Assembly: GCA_048013815.1 (NCBI GenBank)
Contig: CM106585.1
Coordinates: 24,157,963 to 24,221,962 of the forward strand
Direction: 5' to 3'
Length of the DNA: 64,000 bases
Origin: Setoptus koraiensis
Taxonomy: Eukaryota > Animalia > Arthropoda
Shown here: positions 1 to 13,487 of the stretch, piece by piece
How positions within the stretch are numbered: the first letter of the stretch is position 1
Layout of the letters: every line of letters starts with the position of its first letter
Program-made: the position numbers and the translations under genes
Notes under the pieces: generated by a model
Told to the model about the DNA's origin: nothing
What the model saw: only the letters and a program-made list of their open reading frames with translations
The model's database searches: none

Positions 1-27
1 AATAGAATATAAGCATATAGCACTCAC

Positions 28-260
28 CTTGATAGAAAAGATTCAAACTCTTCCTGTTGGTCGTCCAAACTCAACTCCAAATCTAAATAGGGACCATACT
101 CGTTGTTACTTTCTACATTTTCATCACGGCCGACACCTGTTGCTGGCACGTTCGCACTGTTGTTGTTGTTGCTGTTGATGTTCGATTTAACACCACTGTT
201 CACTGAGTAACCATTAACACTCGAATGGTACCTGTACATTTGGAGAGTGCAATCTTCAAG
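28..260 (-). CDS. Fhos: Fhos/FHOD second coding exon; gene continues beyond the left edge
   Basis: CAG acceptor at 263-261. Exon reads LEDCTLQMY...YGPYLDLELSLDDQQEEFESF (FHOD: LDDCTLQL..GAYLDLE..L.EQ..E.EGF). GTGAGT donor at 27. Phase 0 fits the upstream exon (intron 261-741). Confidence 0.85.
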
Positions 261-741
261 CTGTCGATTCATTCGTTTTCATTTGTTTTTCATAGTCGTA
301 TAGTTTGTTGTTCGTGTTGTTATTGTTGACATTAGATACAACCAATATGAGCACAATGCAGATATACAAAGAAACAGATAGTGAAAAGAGTTGGTTAGTT
401 GCATCATAAACATTATTGATTTGCGCTCAACGATTTGCCGCTGGCCTCAGTTGCTGGTTGATGGCAACAACAGCAAGTATCAATAAATTAAGATTAAGTA
501 TTAGCAAGTATTGATTAACAATTTCAACAACAATCATTTAAGACAACAACAATCATACACATGATTGTTGACACGATATCATGATGCAAGTATAGCTACT
601 TTGACCACACATTAAGGTAGGTACAATGTAAAATCAGATATCAATATGCCCGATATTCAATACAATCATATATCTAATCGGGGGATGAAGCGTCACACAA
701 CACGAGAACAGACGGAGAAAGACGGAAAAGAAAAGACTTAC

Positions 742-1384
742 GCGATGTGGAGCACGCAATTGACGATGAAGGGCGCCCAATTGACTTTGCAATGGCACGT
801 CAGAACGAAATGTGAATGTTGTTGGTCTAGTTGGCTCAGGAAAGTTGCTTATCGCTTGAAAGGGGTCGCGATCGTCAAGATATTGAGCGCGACACTTAAA
901 TATGTGCAAACTGTTGCTACTTGATGACGCCGCTGACTCGTCTTGTCGAGCTGCCATTTCCGACTTTCCGGTGCCATTAATTCCGGTATTAATTTCGGTG
1001 TTAGTGGCAGTCGCAAAAGTTGTCGCTGGCAGTGGTGTTGTTTTTGTTGTCGCTGTTGCTGTTATTGTTGTGGCAGTTGTTTCGCAAATTCTTGATTTTT
1101 TTGCATTTGATTCGGGAATTGATTTATTAGGCAGCGAGGACAATGTTAGCAAGTTGATATCGCTCACACGTTGACTGGCTGCTGCATTTGATTGCACCAT
1201 TGGCACTGGCCTACTATTAATTAACCTATTACCACTACTGACAGTGAAGTTGGTGGTGGTGGTGGTGGTGGTGGTGGTGGTGGTGCTGTTCTTGTGGCTG
1301 CTGCTCTGGCATAGAGATCTATTTGAACAATTGGACAGTGCTGATGGTAAAGCACTTTTATTTGATATTACTGTCACCTGTTGC

Positions 1385-1421
<37 letters not shown>

Positions 1422-1686
1422 CAATGTTTGTCTTTGTGGTTGATAAGCCATGATTGTGACTATGATTGTGATGGGCAAAATTGATCACTTTAATAGTTGT
1501 GGCTTTAGATGACAGTATTTGCTGCTTTTTCTTGTTCTGTTGCTGTTCAGCTATTGCTGTTGCACAATTAACCGGCTGACAATTAATTCTTTTCACTGTT
1601 ACCGATTGCCCATTGTCTGATTGCTGCTGCTGCGACTGCTTCATGTAGCCACCACCCAGTGGGGCCCGTTGAGCCATCGAGGCCAT
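742..1686 (-). CDS. Fhos: FH1/FH2 domain formin Fhos/FHOD, first coding exon (long low-complexity Q/T/N/H N-terminus, then start of the GBD/FH3 region)
   Basis: Translation ends CRAQYLDDRDPFQAISNFPEPTRPTTFTFRSDVPLQSQLGALHRQLRAPHR, matching the FHOD N-terminal motif (CRVQFLDDTDPF..FPEP.RPP.FTF...HRLL.APH). GTAAGT donor at 741 (minus). Confidence 0.85.
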
Positions 1687-3250
1687 CGAGTTGGTAATTC
1701 AAGACAATGCAACAGTGCGACTAATAATTGTTTGACACAGTGCTTGCGATCAAAATAAAACAAACACAGCAAACGTAAACGACAGTATTCAAGCCAATCT
1801 GACATATGATCTGACGAGTTTGTTCCTCGAGCGACACTTGATCTTTATTCTATTTTTTGTTTTTGTGTCGATTAGTGACACCTGTCTGCGATTGTGATGC
1901 ACTTGTCAAGTTGAGATAAATAATAAATAATAAAATCAATTGTCAATTATTGACTATTGACTATGATTTGATTACATCAGGATGATGCGATTGTGCGATG
2001 ATGACGATGTTAGCTGATGAGCACACTCTTCATTAGTGCAAATAATTAAAGTGATGTAATGCTCTATCTATATTAATGCTGTTGTCAATGTAATTTTAAC
2101 TTGCTGACGCAATATGTAATGTAATGTGATGCAATGCAATGTTGCGTCCTGGTTGTGTGATGCACTCGAGTCAACGCCAGAATCTCAACTGACAGGTGTA
2201 TGTTTGTCGGCGGCTAGACAACAGCAGGCAACAACAACAACAACAACCTGTCGTTGTTGTTCACTGGATGCAAGCCGTAAGTTACGCAAGGTACAAGTTT
2301 AACGCGCATGCGTCGGCAACTGGCTAATGTTGTTGGTCACGGCTAATCTGTTTGGTTAGCCAATGCTGGCCAGTGGTTTGTAAACAAATGTGGGACTGGC
2401 CAGTTGTTGGCCAGCTAGCTTGTTGCCGCGAACAGCCGCGAAGTCAGCTGTTTTAGCAACGAGGCTTGTGCAACTCTCACACACATGTATATTGTCAGGA
2501 CATAGCCGGCCTGACCAGTCGGTTAGTGACACCATCAAACAATGACAATTGACCCAAACATTGATCATTATCACTGGCACTATCATCAAGCAGCCAATCA
2601 ATCGCTCACATTATCTGCTCTGTCATATATCAACCCGATATTTACTAGATCAAAGAGCAATCGTTTGAGGCCACTAAGTCGCGGGGGCTCCTTTCGAATC
2701 ACCGAGAATCGCCTGGAAAGGTGGCAATGATAATACATTATTTCAAATGTTGGATTGCCACTCGGGGCCAAGTTGAACACTTGAAGATCAATGGACAAAA
2801 AGTCGGCCTAGTTGCGTTACATCACGCAAAACAGCCACCATCAATTGAGCTGACAAGGTAAATTAGCTAAACATATTTACGGAGCATTCAGCAAATCTGA
2901 GCACATTACGCATGTATTTTCTGGCATGATCATAATTCATGTAATAACTAGACAGGCTGCACAATTGGATCCTGGTGCCTCGGAAATCATATATTATTAT
3001 ATTATGTAGTATGTAGTATATGTGACTTTCATCGTCCAAAGTGTACGCGCTTGTGGAGCGCAATATGCAGCAGATTCAAGAACAAATGACAAGATTCAAG
3101 AACAAGCATGGAGAATCGAACAAAGCCGCACAATAGACACTGGGATATGCTGTTCACAGTATCATGAGATTATATTGGATAAAGAGACAACTTGAACTCA
3201 TAAGGCACACTAAGAAGCCAGCGACAAAATAACAGCCCAGAGAGACTTAC

Positions 3251-3922
3251 CAGTTTGGCCATTAATTGCGACTTGACTTGTATCAAATGACCATCATTAG
3301 TTGCATGTGGCATTGTTGATATTTCATTAGCTTTTGCCGGTGCCGTTGCAGTTGCTAATCTTGGTCGTTTCACTGTTGTCTTTTTGCTGCTGTTGTTGTC
3401 AGAATTTTTGCTTGTTGTTGCTGCTGTGTCCGCATCGTTGCCACTATCTAATTCATCTGAGGCATCATCAGAAGAATTAGCAGCATGGCTATTTGTTGCA
3501 ATACATTTTTTGCCAGTATTTATATTATTGTTATTAATCTTTTTGCTGTTTTCATCTCTATTTGTTGAACTTATGCTCCTGCTACTAGTTGTGCTGCTGC
3601 TGCTGCTATTATTATTACTACCACTGGTCTCGTCCAGCAATTTTTGTCTGTTGATTGTACTCTCGTTTTTGGTTATTACCGTGCTCCGACTGGCGTTGCT
3701 ATAGCAATCGTCATCGTCGTCATCGTCATCATCATCATTGTTGTTATCGCCATTATAATTATCATCGTCGCAATTGTTGTAGTTGTTGTTGTTGCCGGTA
3801 TGGTGAGATTGGCGGTCGCGCTCATCATAACCATTGTCATCGTAACGACAGCGATCATCTTCATTGTTAGGTAATGATTCAATTGGCACTGAATCAGTGC
3901 TCAACATACTTGCAATGGTCAT
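3251..3922 (-). CDS. Unassigned low-complexity (N/D/S-rich) exon-like ORF, possibly an alternative 5' exon of Fhos
   Basis: ATG at 3922, open for 224 codons to a phase-0 GTAAGT donor at 3250. No recognisable domain. Confidence 0.35.
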
Positions 3923-6350
3923 CTTGTTGTCGTGCGTTATTTATAATGTTAACTTGATGATTATCACTTCTCGCACTTTATCTCACTATGAGTTATAACA
4001 TTGAGATGATGATCAAATCAACAACAAATATTTCGTGTGCGCGAGTGAGTGTTGTAACTACAAACACTTTAAACCAATTTTAATTTTTCTTTGACACACA
4101 AGAACAAAGAAGAGGAACAAACAAATTCTTGTAATGTAATGTGCTGGTAATTTGTTGTAATGTGTTGTTATTCGTGTATGTGTGTTTGTTTCTCTCTGAC
4201 AAACAAAAACTTCCTATTCAATCCAATCCAATGCAGTCCAATTTAATCTAACCTAACTTTGCGCTCTTTTCGTCCATGTTACTGCCGCTATAAACGCGCT
4301 GGCTCACCTCATCTCATCTTGTTTTTCTGATATAAATTGAGATTAAGCGCATCACTTGAAATATTTGACTCTTAAACTGCGTGTGCACCGACTACTAAGC
4401 TACTCCAATCGCACGTAAATAAACATCAAGTATTCTGATTATTATGATGCTGACTAGAGTTCTCTCGCCTCAGCTCAAACAGCCGCGCTAATGGATAAAA
4501 TAATGGCAATAGCACGAGGTCGTCCCCATCGAGCAAAGTCAAAGTTGAGTTTGCAGCATCAGCCTCGATGCTGTGACTGATGCCGCTGAACTGGCTGGTT
4601 GAACATGTGTATATAGTCAATATAGTCGATATATCTTGCAAACGCAATGCGATATGTAACCGTAGAGACGGGGAGACAGGGACAGACAGCAGTAGAGAGT
4701 GATGAAGAATGGAGGCCCAACTAGGAAGTGAATAGCGTCATGGCGCAAAGCCAAATATCTTGCCCTCTCTGTCTCGCTGAGCTTACTGACTCAACCTCAT
4801 AAATATACCGCAATAATGCTATGTAAAAATAACTGATTTAGCAATAGTTCACCGAGCGACAACAATATCTATGCACCACAACTAAACTCAACTATATAAT
4901 ACACAATATGACTGAGTTTAAATTGTGATTGCATCAACAATAAACGCTGCCGATCATCATTGTGATAACGTTTGCAAACATCATGTGAGTCCCTTGATCT
5001 ATGTGCAATCATAGCGTTTGGTCCATTCTATGCGTCGGCTCTCTTCCACTCATGGGTTTGTTATACTGAGGCCAACGCCATCCTTGGCTCACAGCCAAGG
5101 TGGCTGAACTAGACTATGAAGTGTAAACAAAATGTTTGATAATTTGACGCGTTACAGGAAGAAAAATCAGCAGCGAAGTACAATACGAGCGAAAGGAAAA
5201 ATTAAAGGAAGCGTCAAATCAACAAGAACAATATTCAATATGCATGATTAATAAAAATAAACTAGAGGGCTGACACTCAAATAGACCAATTAACACTTGT
5301 ACGGACATGTTGCAAAAATAAAACTCATTTCAACTCAATTCGGTTCCTCAATCCTCTTAGTGTTTCCCTTTTAAATTCCCGTAGTGTGCGACAGAAAGAG
5401 GGAGGAGGCAACCCCGCTACTACAACTGGGATTCGCTATCCTTCCAGTTTTTTTATATTCTTTGAATTTTTCTGGGTAGCTTGTCTCAGCCAAACGATGA
5501 CCGATCGTCAAATTAACACCATCCATCCAAAGCGTAATTTCATGCGTATGAGCGAACGCATGGCCGAGGTGCATTCTTTCTCTATTTCATCTATTATATT
5601 CTTATCCATCCTATCGGTGACAATAAACAGTAAAGACAAAAAAAGAGATATGACGGTCGATAATGTATGTCGAGTGTAGTTTGGAAGTAAATGTCGAGAT
5701 GTTAATGCTGTGGAGGATCAAGATCTTGAATTTTATCAGATGCAAGAATTCTTGGATAAAACGATCGATATCGATATAATATTAGATGTTAAGCCATTGT
5801 GCAACACGTGTTTTGGGTCACATGGCCCCCGAGAAAATACAGCATAGTATCAAATAAAAAAATCTCATTACATACGTGACGCACTTCTCTATTTCAGATA
5901 GAAAGTCAAATGATGAGAGACCACATGTATCAAACAATAAAACTCACTCTCACTCAACAGAACCCATCGATTTTTCACTTTTGAATAACTCAATTAAATT
6001 CACGAATTTCATTTCCACTGAATTGAAAGGCTTGGAGTTAGACTTGACTGAATAGGACGGTTAGGACTCAAGGCCGAAATGCTCCATCTTTCGGCAAAGG
6101 TGGCCAAGATACAAGATATCTGTGGATTTATAGTGAATTCTTTGATAAACTAGTTCAGGCAAGGTTTTAAATAGCGACCCCATCTATTTCTTTGATACTT
6201 TACTGCCGAATAGTGCATACATCTTTAAATTACATTCCTAAGAACGCTAAGGCGAGCTGCAGGAGTTACTTGACTAGGAAACAGCCGGTTAGATTTTGCC
6301 ACTTGTTCTTCTTGTACACCCTCGATGATCCAATAAGAGATGTCAACTCA

Positions 6351-9300
6351 CTACCTATATTCAGTCCCTCTATTGCTAGTATCTAAAGGTTCTAATTCTT
6401 TGATATCACTATTTTCCTCGGAATAATGTATCTTGATTTCAATACCGCCCAAATCACATATATCATCTGAGAGACCTGAGTCTGATCCATTTGTTTCTAC
6501 CATTGCCTTAGTAACACCTTCAGATTTTCTGCTGTGACTCGTTTTTGGTGTTTGCAAATGATTGTTGTTCTGATTTTGGTCCACACTGTGACCTTGACGC
6601 TGATTCGAGTTGGTTGCCACTTGATTTGGGTCCAAATTGTATCGAGTTAAATTGTACAATACGGGCGGTAAATAAGAGCAAGCACAATATTCACGCCTGG
6701 ATTCGGGCTGTTTACGGGTGGCTCTGTAAGTTAGATGATTTATATTTCTGAATATGTAGAAGAAAAAATGTCCTGAAAATACCAATAATGAAACCAAGAA
6801 TACAAATAAAGCCAATCCAAACACTCGACTGTAACCCGTTCGTACCAACGTTACGGTGAATATCTGCGCTTGCATCATGAGTAGAGCGATATGGACGAAT
6901 ATAATCGCAGTCGAATGTATCTTGCTATTGATTTTGCTGGGATTGTATACATAATACATGTTGTAACGATCAATCATATGTTTGATCAGCATGTAGATCA
7001 GCCCCGCCACTGATATCAGAGGACAGGAGAGACTATAGGTTACAACCATGGCAAATATTAGTAAAAATCTTGGATATCTAATGCCAATGGCAAAGTCCCA
7101 GACAACGTATCGACTTGCTGTGTTGCATTCCGCTTGAGAGCGAGCCGTTAGCATGTACCACAGATATATCAGAAGCTCAGGTAATCTCAGAAGTTCCTAC
7201 AAATTTTATGGAAAAAGATTGTTTTTTAGAATAAAGGGTCAATCAAGCAAAATCATCCAGAATAATAGTCAATCTTAATGTAGTTTCAACCGAACTTACC
7301 ATTATGTTTCCTAAGAATGCATACTGTATAGTGTAATTCACGAAGAAAGCTCCAAGTTTCACAGGAAATAGACAATTCCAAGGGAAGTCGCCTTTGGTAG
7401 CTATCATCAGAAAAAAAGCCTTAAGACTGAAAGAAAAAGAATGTATCAGAGAATTTGCTCGATTCTTAAGTCACTTTTCAGATGGTTACTTGTCTCTTAC
7501 CTGGTGAGCCCCAATGAAGGCCACACTATAACCATCAATAAGAGAAATAGATATACTTTCCACATAATGGCATGATTCTTCGCAGATAGATTCATGTATG
7601 CAATTGATTGGCAAGCTAATGTCACTATAGCCGGTAAAGCTGACGAAGCGCACACCAGTATGAAAGGTGACACAAGGCCGGGGACCTTTGAGCCGATATC
7701 CGAGGGCAGCAAGAATTGGAGCCATTGGAATAATTGTGCTATCTTCAGTTGGTCACTAGCGTTTAAAATAACTGCCGGAGTTGATATAAACACAAATAGA
7801 ATTAATAATAATGAATTGACTAGTATACTGCGCAACCATTGCATACGTAAATTAACAGATATATCACACCAATTTATATCATTAGGGTAGGGCGCATAGG
7901 ATACCATCCATCGAGATATTTCGAGATCATCTGTTGTGGGTATATTTATAAGTCGAGTAAACCAAGTGGATATCTGAGTGAAAGTGTTTGCAAAAGGGCA
8001 AAAAGAGTATGCTTTCTCTTGTTGTTGACGAAGGTGCACGTAGGCTTCTTGAGCCATTTTTTCAGTTTGAAATGTTACAAAGAATGCTCCTGTAGGGTTC
8101 ATGATAGTTCGATTGAATTCTCCATTTATCTTTTGATGATATCTCGCCTCTTGTGTAGAGTAGTATTGGATTCCATCAACTTTCTGGCAGCATTCGCAAC
8201 ACGCGCACATGAATCCTAATTCACCAAATGATCTTGGTCTAATCTTGAGAAGTTTACCATTTGTTTCAGAATATTCCACACAATAACAGCGCGCGTTAAC
8301 CAAGTTGGTCATCTCATTTGTTAGTAAACTCAATGCCCTCACATCATAAACAGATTGCACTCCTTCGATGACGCAGTTAGGTATGGAATTTTGAAAATAT
8401 ATCGCAAGTAGTTCTTTGTTTCTTTTCTGTTTAGGCACTCTTCTGATCAATAAGGTTCGTCTGGTTATTTGCTCATCATCCATCTTGATTACTCTGGAAA
8501 ATCTATGCATCATAAATATTCCAATTAAACTTATAAATGTTGTTCCGATTACATGAACCCAATACAGTGGAGAGTTCTCTGGTAAATTAATTATTGTTGT
8601 GCGAGCATATCCCTGGGTTGAGTCGAATTCTCCTCCTTGCAAGTTAACAGGCAGCACAACGAAGATACTAAATATACTGAGTACAGCTAAAAAATAAATA
8701 ATATACTTTTGAAATAGTAAGTATTGTAAAGCATCATTCCCTCTACTCTTGAGTATATCAGCATCCCTAATGAGAAGTACATCCCTTAACCTATAACCAA
8801 CACCAACAAATGTAGCTTGAATATTACTTGGTATGCTGTTGAGGCCGTTATCGTTCGATGGCACATTAGTATCATTGAGGAAGACACCGTTGATAGAGGG
8901 CGAACTTCGAGACAGACTGATCACATCACCATGAGACGAGTCGTTAAGATTTTTCATCATAGGTGGCATAAGAACATTGATCTGGAGATCATGTTTGTGA
9001 TGAATCACTTGGCTGGTATCCCTGCTAATCATAGTCTTTGAAGCTAACTTTCTATCACCATAAATAGATTGAAGCCAACCTTTACTAGTTCTCTTTGATG
9101 TCAGATGCTTTCTATCCCAAGCAAGTCTACGCAGGATCACGAATATTGTTAGGAAAAACTGGGAAAGAAAAGATGATTAGATAATGACTCACTATAATTT
9201 CAAGGATGAGTTGATAGTAAACTGAACAGTTAGAACTTACTACAAACAATATGAGATTGTATATGACAGTCTCTGGAATAGCTTGCCAGCCGGCATCGAA

Positions 9301-9438
9301 AACAAATGTTGAGTTGGATATGTTTGGAATATTACATGTGCTGTTTTTCATCATAAAATCATTTTGTGGGTATGTCACAATGGATGAAAATATAGTTGAA
9401 TTTGTGTCATTGTTCTGCATTTTCAATCTAGACGCCAT
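6351..9438 (-). CDS. TMEM63: CSC1/OSCA/TMEM63 mechanosensitive cation channel, 4 exons (9241-9438, 7501-9158, 7300-7426, 6351-7196), ~942 aa
   Basis: Motifs DALQYLLFQKYII, VVLPVNLQG, AFFVTF, APYPNDINW, PSLGLTS, GAFFVNY, ELLRLPEL, LIKHMIDRYNMYY. All three introns are GT-AG (82, 74, 103 nt) and keep the frame. Confidence 0.92.
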
Positions 9439-11654
9439 TGTTACTGAATAATGTGGTCTAGGGTTGCTGAAAATTTGTTGTTATGATCAATCAATTAGTT
9501 TGAGTCCTTTATTGGCAGAAGCACTCGAAAGTGGCCAAAACTTATTTAAAATTGAATTATCGAGCACTGATTGACTAATTAGAGTGAATATGACCCGGCG
9601 AATAGTCCATAGGGCATTTATTATTGAATCATGAGATGATTGTAATACCGATTTATCTTCCCTTGGTTGAATATTGCTCAATGGTCCCTTTAAGTAAGAG
9701 TAAATGTAGATGTTTCATTGACAACGATTATTCAATTTCTCTACAACGATGATATTATCTGAATTATCTGAGCTTTTTGAATTAATATTAGTATTGCACC
9801 AATTGTACTTGTTACTTATTACCCGTTTAGTTGGTCAGTACATTTTGGGTTTCTGCCACCTACGCTAATATGAGTATTCGACGATGAATTCACAAGCTTA
9901 ATGTTATTATTATGTGACATATTTCTTCCGTTGATATAATGCTGAATATAATGATCATCTCATCAAGTACTACTGTATGGTATGATATTGACTACCAGCA
10001 TTGTTATAGTTGCCTACTATATTTAAATATTCATACATACAAAGTAGTGTTACGTGTCTTGTAATTCATGTAACATAAGATGATAGATTTGAAAATAAAA
10101 AGAAGTGAAATCTGCACACCAAGCCATCGTCAGTCATCGATATCTACAACTAAACATGGGAGAGACATAGATAACGCGAAATGACTTAATGCGCTGAATA
10201 ATAATTTGGCTAAACTTGATGTTGGCGGTGGTATGAGCTTACGAACAATGGCGCTCTCGTGTTATTGTGTGACTATGAATCATGAGGAAATACTATTGTT
10301 GATATCAATATAAGTAGCGCATATTGTCGACTAAATCATGATCGATATAGCTAGCTCGGGCTTGATGATGAATTTACAAATTATTATGTATTCTCATTGT
10401 GTGAAATCCATGTATAAATATAATAAAAAAATATTTAGAGAAAGTGCCGAGGTTGGTGGTTTTTCTATTGTTGTATGTACTTGTGTATACCACGAGACAA
10501 AGAAAGATAACTACCATTAGTTCGTTGTAAGATACCACCAAGATTGTGGTTGTTGTTTCTATTATCTTCGCCTATGAGCTAACATCTTATTACAGGTAAG
10601 TTGCAGGCGCCTGCATGCCAGGTATGTGTGTGTGATCATTAAGCATGCTAATGTTGTGTTATGAATGGCTGTTGTTTTAAGTGGCTGTTGCAATTATCGC
10701 TGCTTCAATACACAAGCTTGATATATGTAATTGCCCAACTGAAGGCTTGTTGTGTTTTCATAGTTTTATAAATTCACAGATGATTTTGCAGTCGCTAGTA
10801 ACTGGATTCTAGTTACAAGATAATGTGTGTTTGTCAACAGTCAACGGGTCGCCTATTTTGACACTCTATCTGACTAGATATTATTGTAGGGCCTGTGGTT
10901 GTCTTGGTAAGGTTGTTAATCAATCTCGTGGTAGTTATCAATCGGTACGAGTAATAATAATAATTAAGAAAATAATTGTTTGTCTTCCATTCCTCAGGAC
11001 CGCGAGAAAGAGTCTTGATTTAGATAAATGTACTGGTATACGGTATAGATACAGTAGACATGTATCAGACGGTATTGGACAATAATATTGGCAATACAGC
11101 CAGCTATGTAGCGTGAAGCAAACATACGCCCAAACACATGAATATCCACATCATCGATATCTGTGGCCACTATTGCAGCTCGATAAATGTTACATGAATA
11201 CTTACTTTATACCGCAGGATAGTATTCACGACTTGCTGCTCACTAGTGAGCATTCTTGTTGTCGTTCTTTCTCCCGCAATGACGCATACGCTTTTGCACT
11301 GGTACAGTAAAATCTCAGATAGTGCATTCTTCGACACGAGATTCTTCTACTGACCGTTCTTTTAACATGCCACTATCTTGTAAATGAGTCACAAAATGCA
11401 CACACGCATAAGGGCCATTTGAAGAATATAGTTCAATGCTCGCTCACAAGATGTCAGACAAGGTCCACATGACGACATTTGCGGTTTGTTGCACTTGTCT
11501 AGTCTAGAGTCTAGACACGGATCATTCCCAATCAGGTGTGATCTAAGAGTGTCCAATTCACACCCAGCACGCTGCATATATAATATATGTATATAAATTT
11601 AATATACATCGATATTATTCATAATAATTTATCAGATAAACATCATAGATCAAA

Positions 11655-11930
11655 ATGAAACGCTGGATGGCCATATTTATCGCCTTGATTGCACTGGGAT
11701 TTGCATGGTTGCAATTAATCAGCGGAAATATTTTAGTCTTAAGTGATGAAGAGCGCCTACACGCAATCCTAACACCATTTTACGTTATCATTTTACTTGG
11801 TATTTATGCAGCTTCATCTGTCCTATTCAAGGTTTACACATTCAATGAATGCCAGAGTGCCTATGAAGAATTGAAAAATCAAATAGATCTAGCAAAGTCG
11901 GATCTCAAGAGTCAAGGATTCAAGATATAA
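11655..11930 (+). CDS. DPM3: Dolichol-phosphate mannosyltransferase subunit 3
   Basis: 91 aa, two hydrophobic segments, then TFNECQSAYEELKNQIDLAKSDLKSQGF, matching the DPM3 C-terminal coiled coil (TFHDC..A..EL..QI.EA.ADL...G). Confidence 0.88.
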   Translation: MKRWMAIFIALIALGFAWLQLISGNILVLSDEERLHAILTPFYVIILLGIYAASSVLFKVYTFNECQSAYEELKNQIDLAKSDLKSQGFKI

Positions 11931-12055
11931 TATAAGATTGCCGGAATAGGCTGCCTCATATCTCTTTGTTTGTCTCGTCGTTAATATATATATATACATA
12001 TGTATAAATATCAAAACAACATCGAATTGGGAACCTTATATAAATAAATTATAAA

Positions 12056-12057
<2 letters not shown>

Positions 12058-12094
<37 letters not shown>
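12058..12094. repeat. (TA)n microsatellite
   Basis: About 18 perfect TA units between the convergent DPM3 and AP1M1 3' ends. Confidence 0.95.
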
Positions 12095-12097
<3 letters not shown>

Positions 12098-12218
12098 TGT
12101 CTATATACTAGTAAATGGACGCACAGGCTTTTTTATATATATCTATATTCTATATATATATATATAAATATATTTATATAATATGTGACTGACTGAATAA
12201 ATCAGTTATACTTGATCC

Positions 12219-13487
12219 TTAGCTTGTCCTTAATTGATAGTCGCCATTCTGCGTTATATAGCGCACCCATGGCAACGCCTGGTAGCCACTTTTTTCTATG
12301 ATCTTCAAATATCTTACTTGGATGCCTGATGTGGTGAAATAAGGTATTTCAAATCTCACTTGGATGGGTGGCTTTCCCTCTGTTTCGTCACTCTCTATAC
12401 TAGGCAATTTGAAATGAGCCCTCATGAGATACTCTTTACCACCTGGAAATGACTTGATTGTCCAGATTATGGCCGACGTCTCTGGAGCGTATCTACACGA
12501 GCCGATTCCTGCCTTAAAATTTGGGGAATCGGCATCTTGTGGAACAGGTATAATTATTTCAACGCCATTTGCTGTTGATCGGCGCTTGAATTGGCTTTTA
12601 GCTTTTACCATATATTCTATCCGGCTATGTGCATGCTTTTCAATTTGTGACTCAATCCAAATCAATGGTTTTATATGTGTGCTTAAACGATATGACATCA
12701 ATTCAAATGTACCATCTGGCGGTATGAATGATATTGTTCTGTCGTTTTCAAAACGTGACAATCTAACACACTGATGAAATTTAACATCTTCTAATTCAAC
12801 TGATTTTGATTTACCTCTTCCAGTCGATTCAAATAACACTTTATCATTGAGACCTAACCTCAACTCTGGCATACCACTCAAATAGACACGCATTTGTATG
12901 GAGCCCACTATTTCGGAACGTAATACATTACCACTGGCGTTGGCCAGAAGATTAACTGACTCAATGACATCTAGAAAGACTTCATTTTTTCTGTATTTGA
13001 TACCCTGAGAACGCCAAGAGACGGCATTGGTCACTGCCTCGGGCGGCCTAACTTGCATTTCCATTATTTGCGATTCTTGTGTAATATATTCTTGCAATAT
13101 CTTCCATTCAGTTGTCTGAGGGTAACCGAAGTCCATAACTTCATCTAGTAGCTCATATATAAGTACAAAATTATCTCTTATAGATTCTTCCTCTAGTTCT
13201 TTAAAATATTCAGTGAACACTTGAGCACAACGATGCAAGAATTGAAATACTAATGTAACATTGGCGTTTTTTGTAGTTGTAGCAACTAGATATAAATTAT
13301 TGCACTTGATGAATAAGAAGCTAACATTTTGATGGCGTAATATTGGGCAAAGGCAGGCCTCATCCTCTCGCTCGCTTAATATAGGCATAAATTTATCAAT
13401 TATATTTAGATCTACATCGCCACGATAATTTCTCGAAATGAGAACTTTACCTTTAAGATCTAATATATAGACTGCTGATGCAGACAT
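12219..13487 (-). CDS. AP1M1: AP-1 complex subunit mu-1, intronless, 422 aa
   Basis: MSASAVYILDLKGKVLISRNYRGD start, EEESIRDNFVLIYELLDEVMDFGYPQTT, NEVFLDVIE, YLSGMPELRLGLNDK, ALPWVRYITQNGDYQLR end. Confidence 0.96.
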   Translation of the reverse strand: MSASAVYILDLKGKVLISRNYRGDVDLNIIDKFMPILSEREDEACLCPILRHQNVSFLFIKCNNLYLVATTTKNANVTLVFQFLHRCAQVFTEYFKELEEESIRDNFVLIYELLDEVMDFGYPQTTEWKILQEYITQESQIMEMQVRPPEAVTNAVSWRSQGIKYRKNEVFLDVIESVNLLANASGNVLRSEIVGSIQMRVYLSGMPELRLGLNDKVLFESTGRGKSKSVELEDVKFHQCVRLSRFENDRTISFIPPDGTFELMSYRLSTHIKPLIWIESQIEKHAHSRIEYMVKAKSQFKRRSTANGVEIIIPVPQDADSPNFKAGIGSCRYAPETSAIIWTIKSFPGGKEYLMRAHFKLPSIESDETEGKPPIQVRFEIPYFTTSGIQVRYLKIIEKSGYQALPWVRYITQNGDYQLRTS

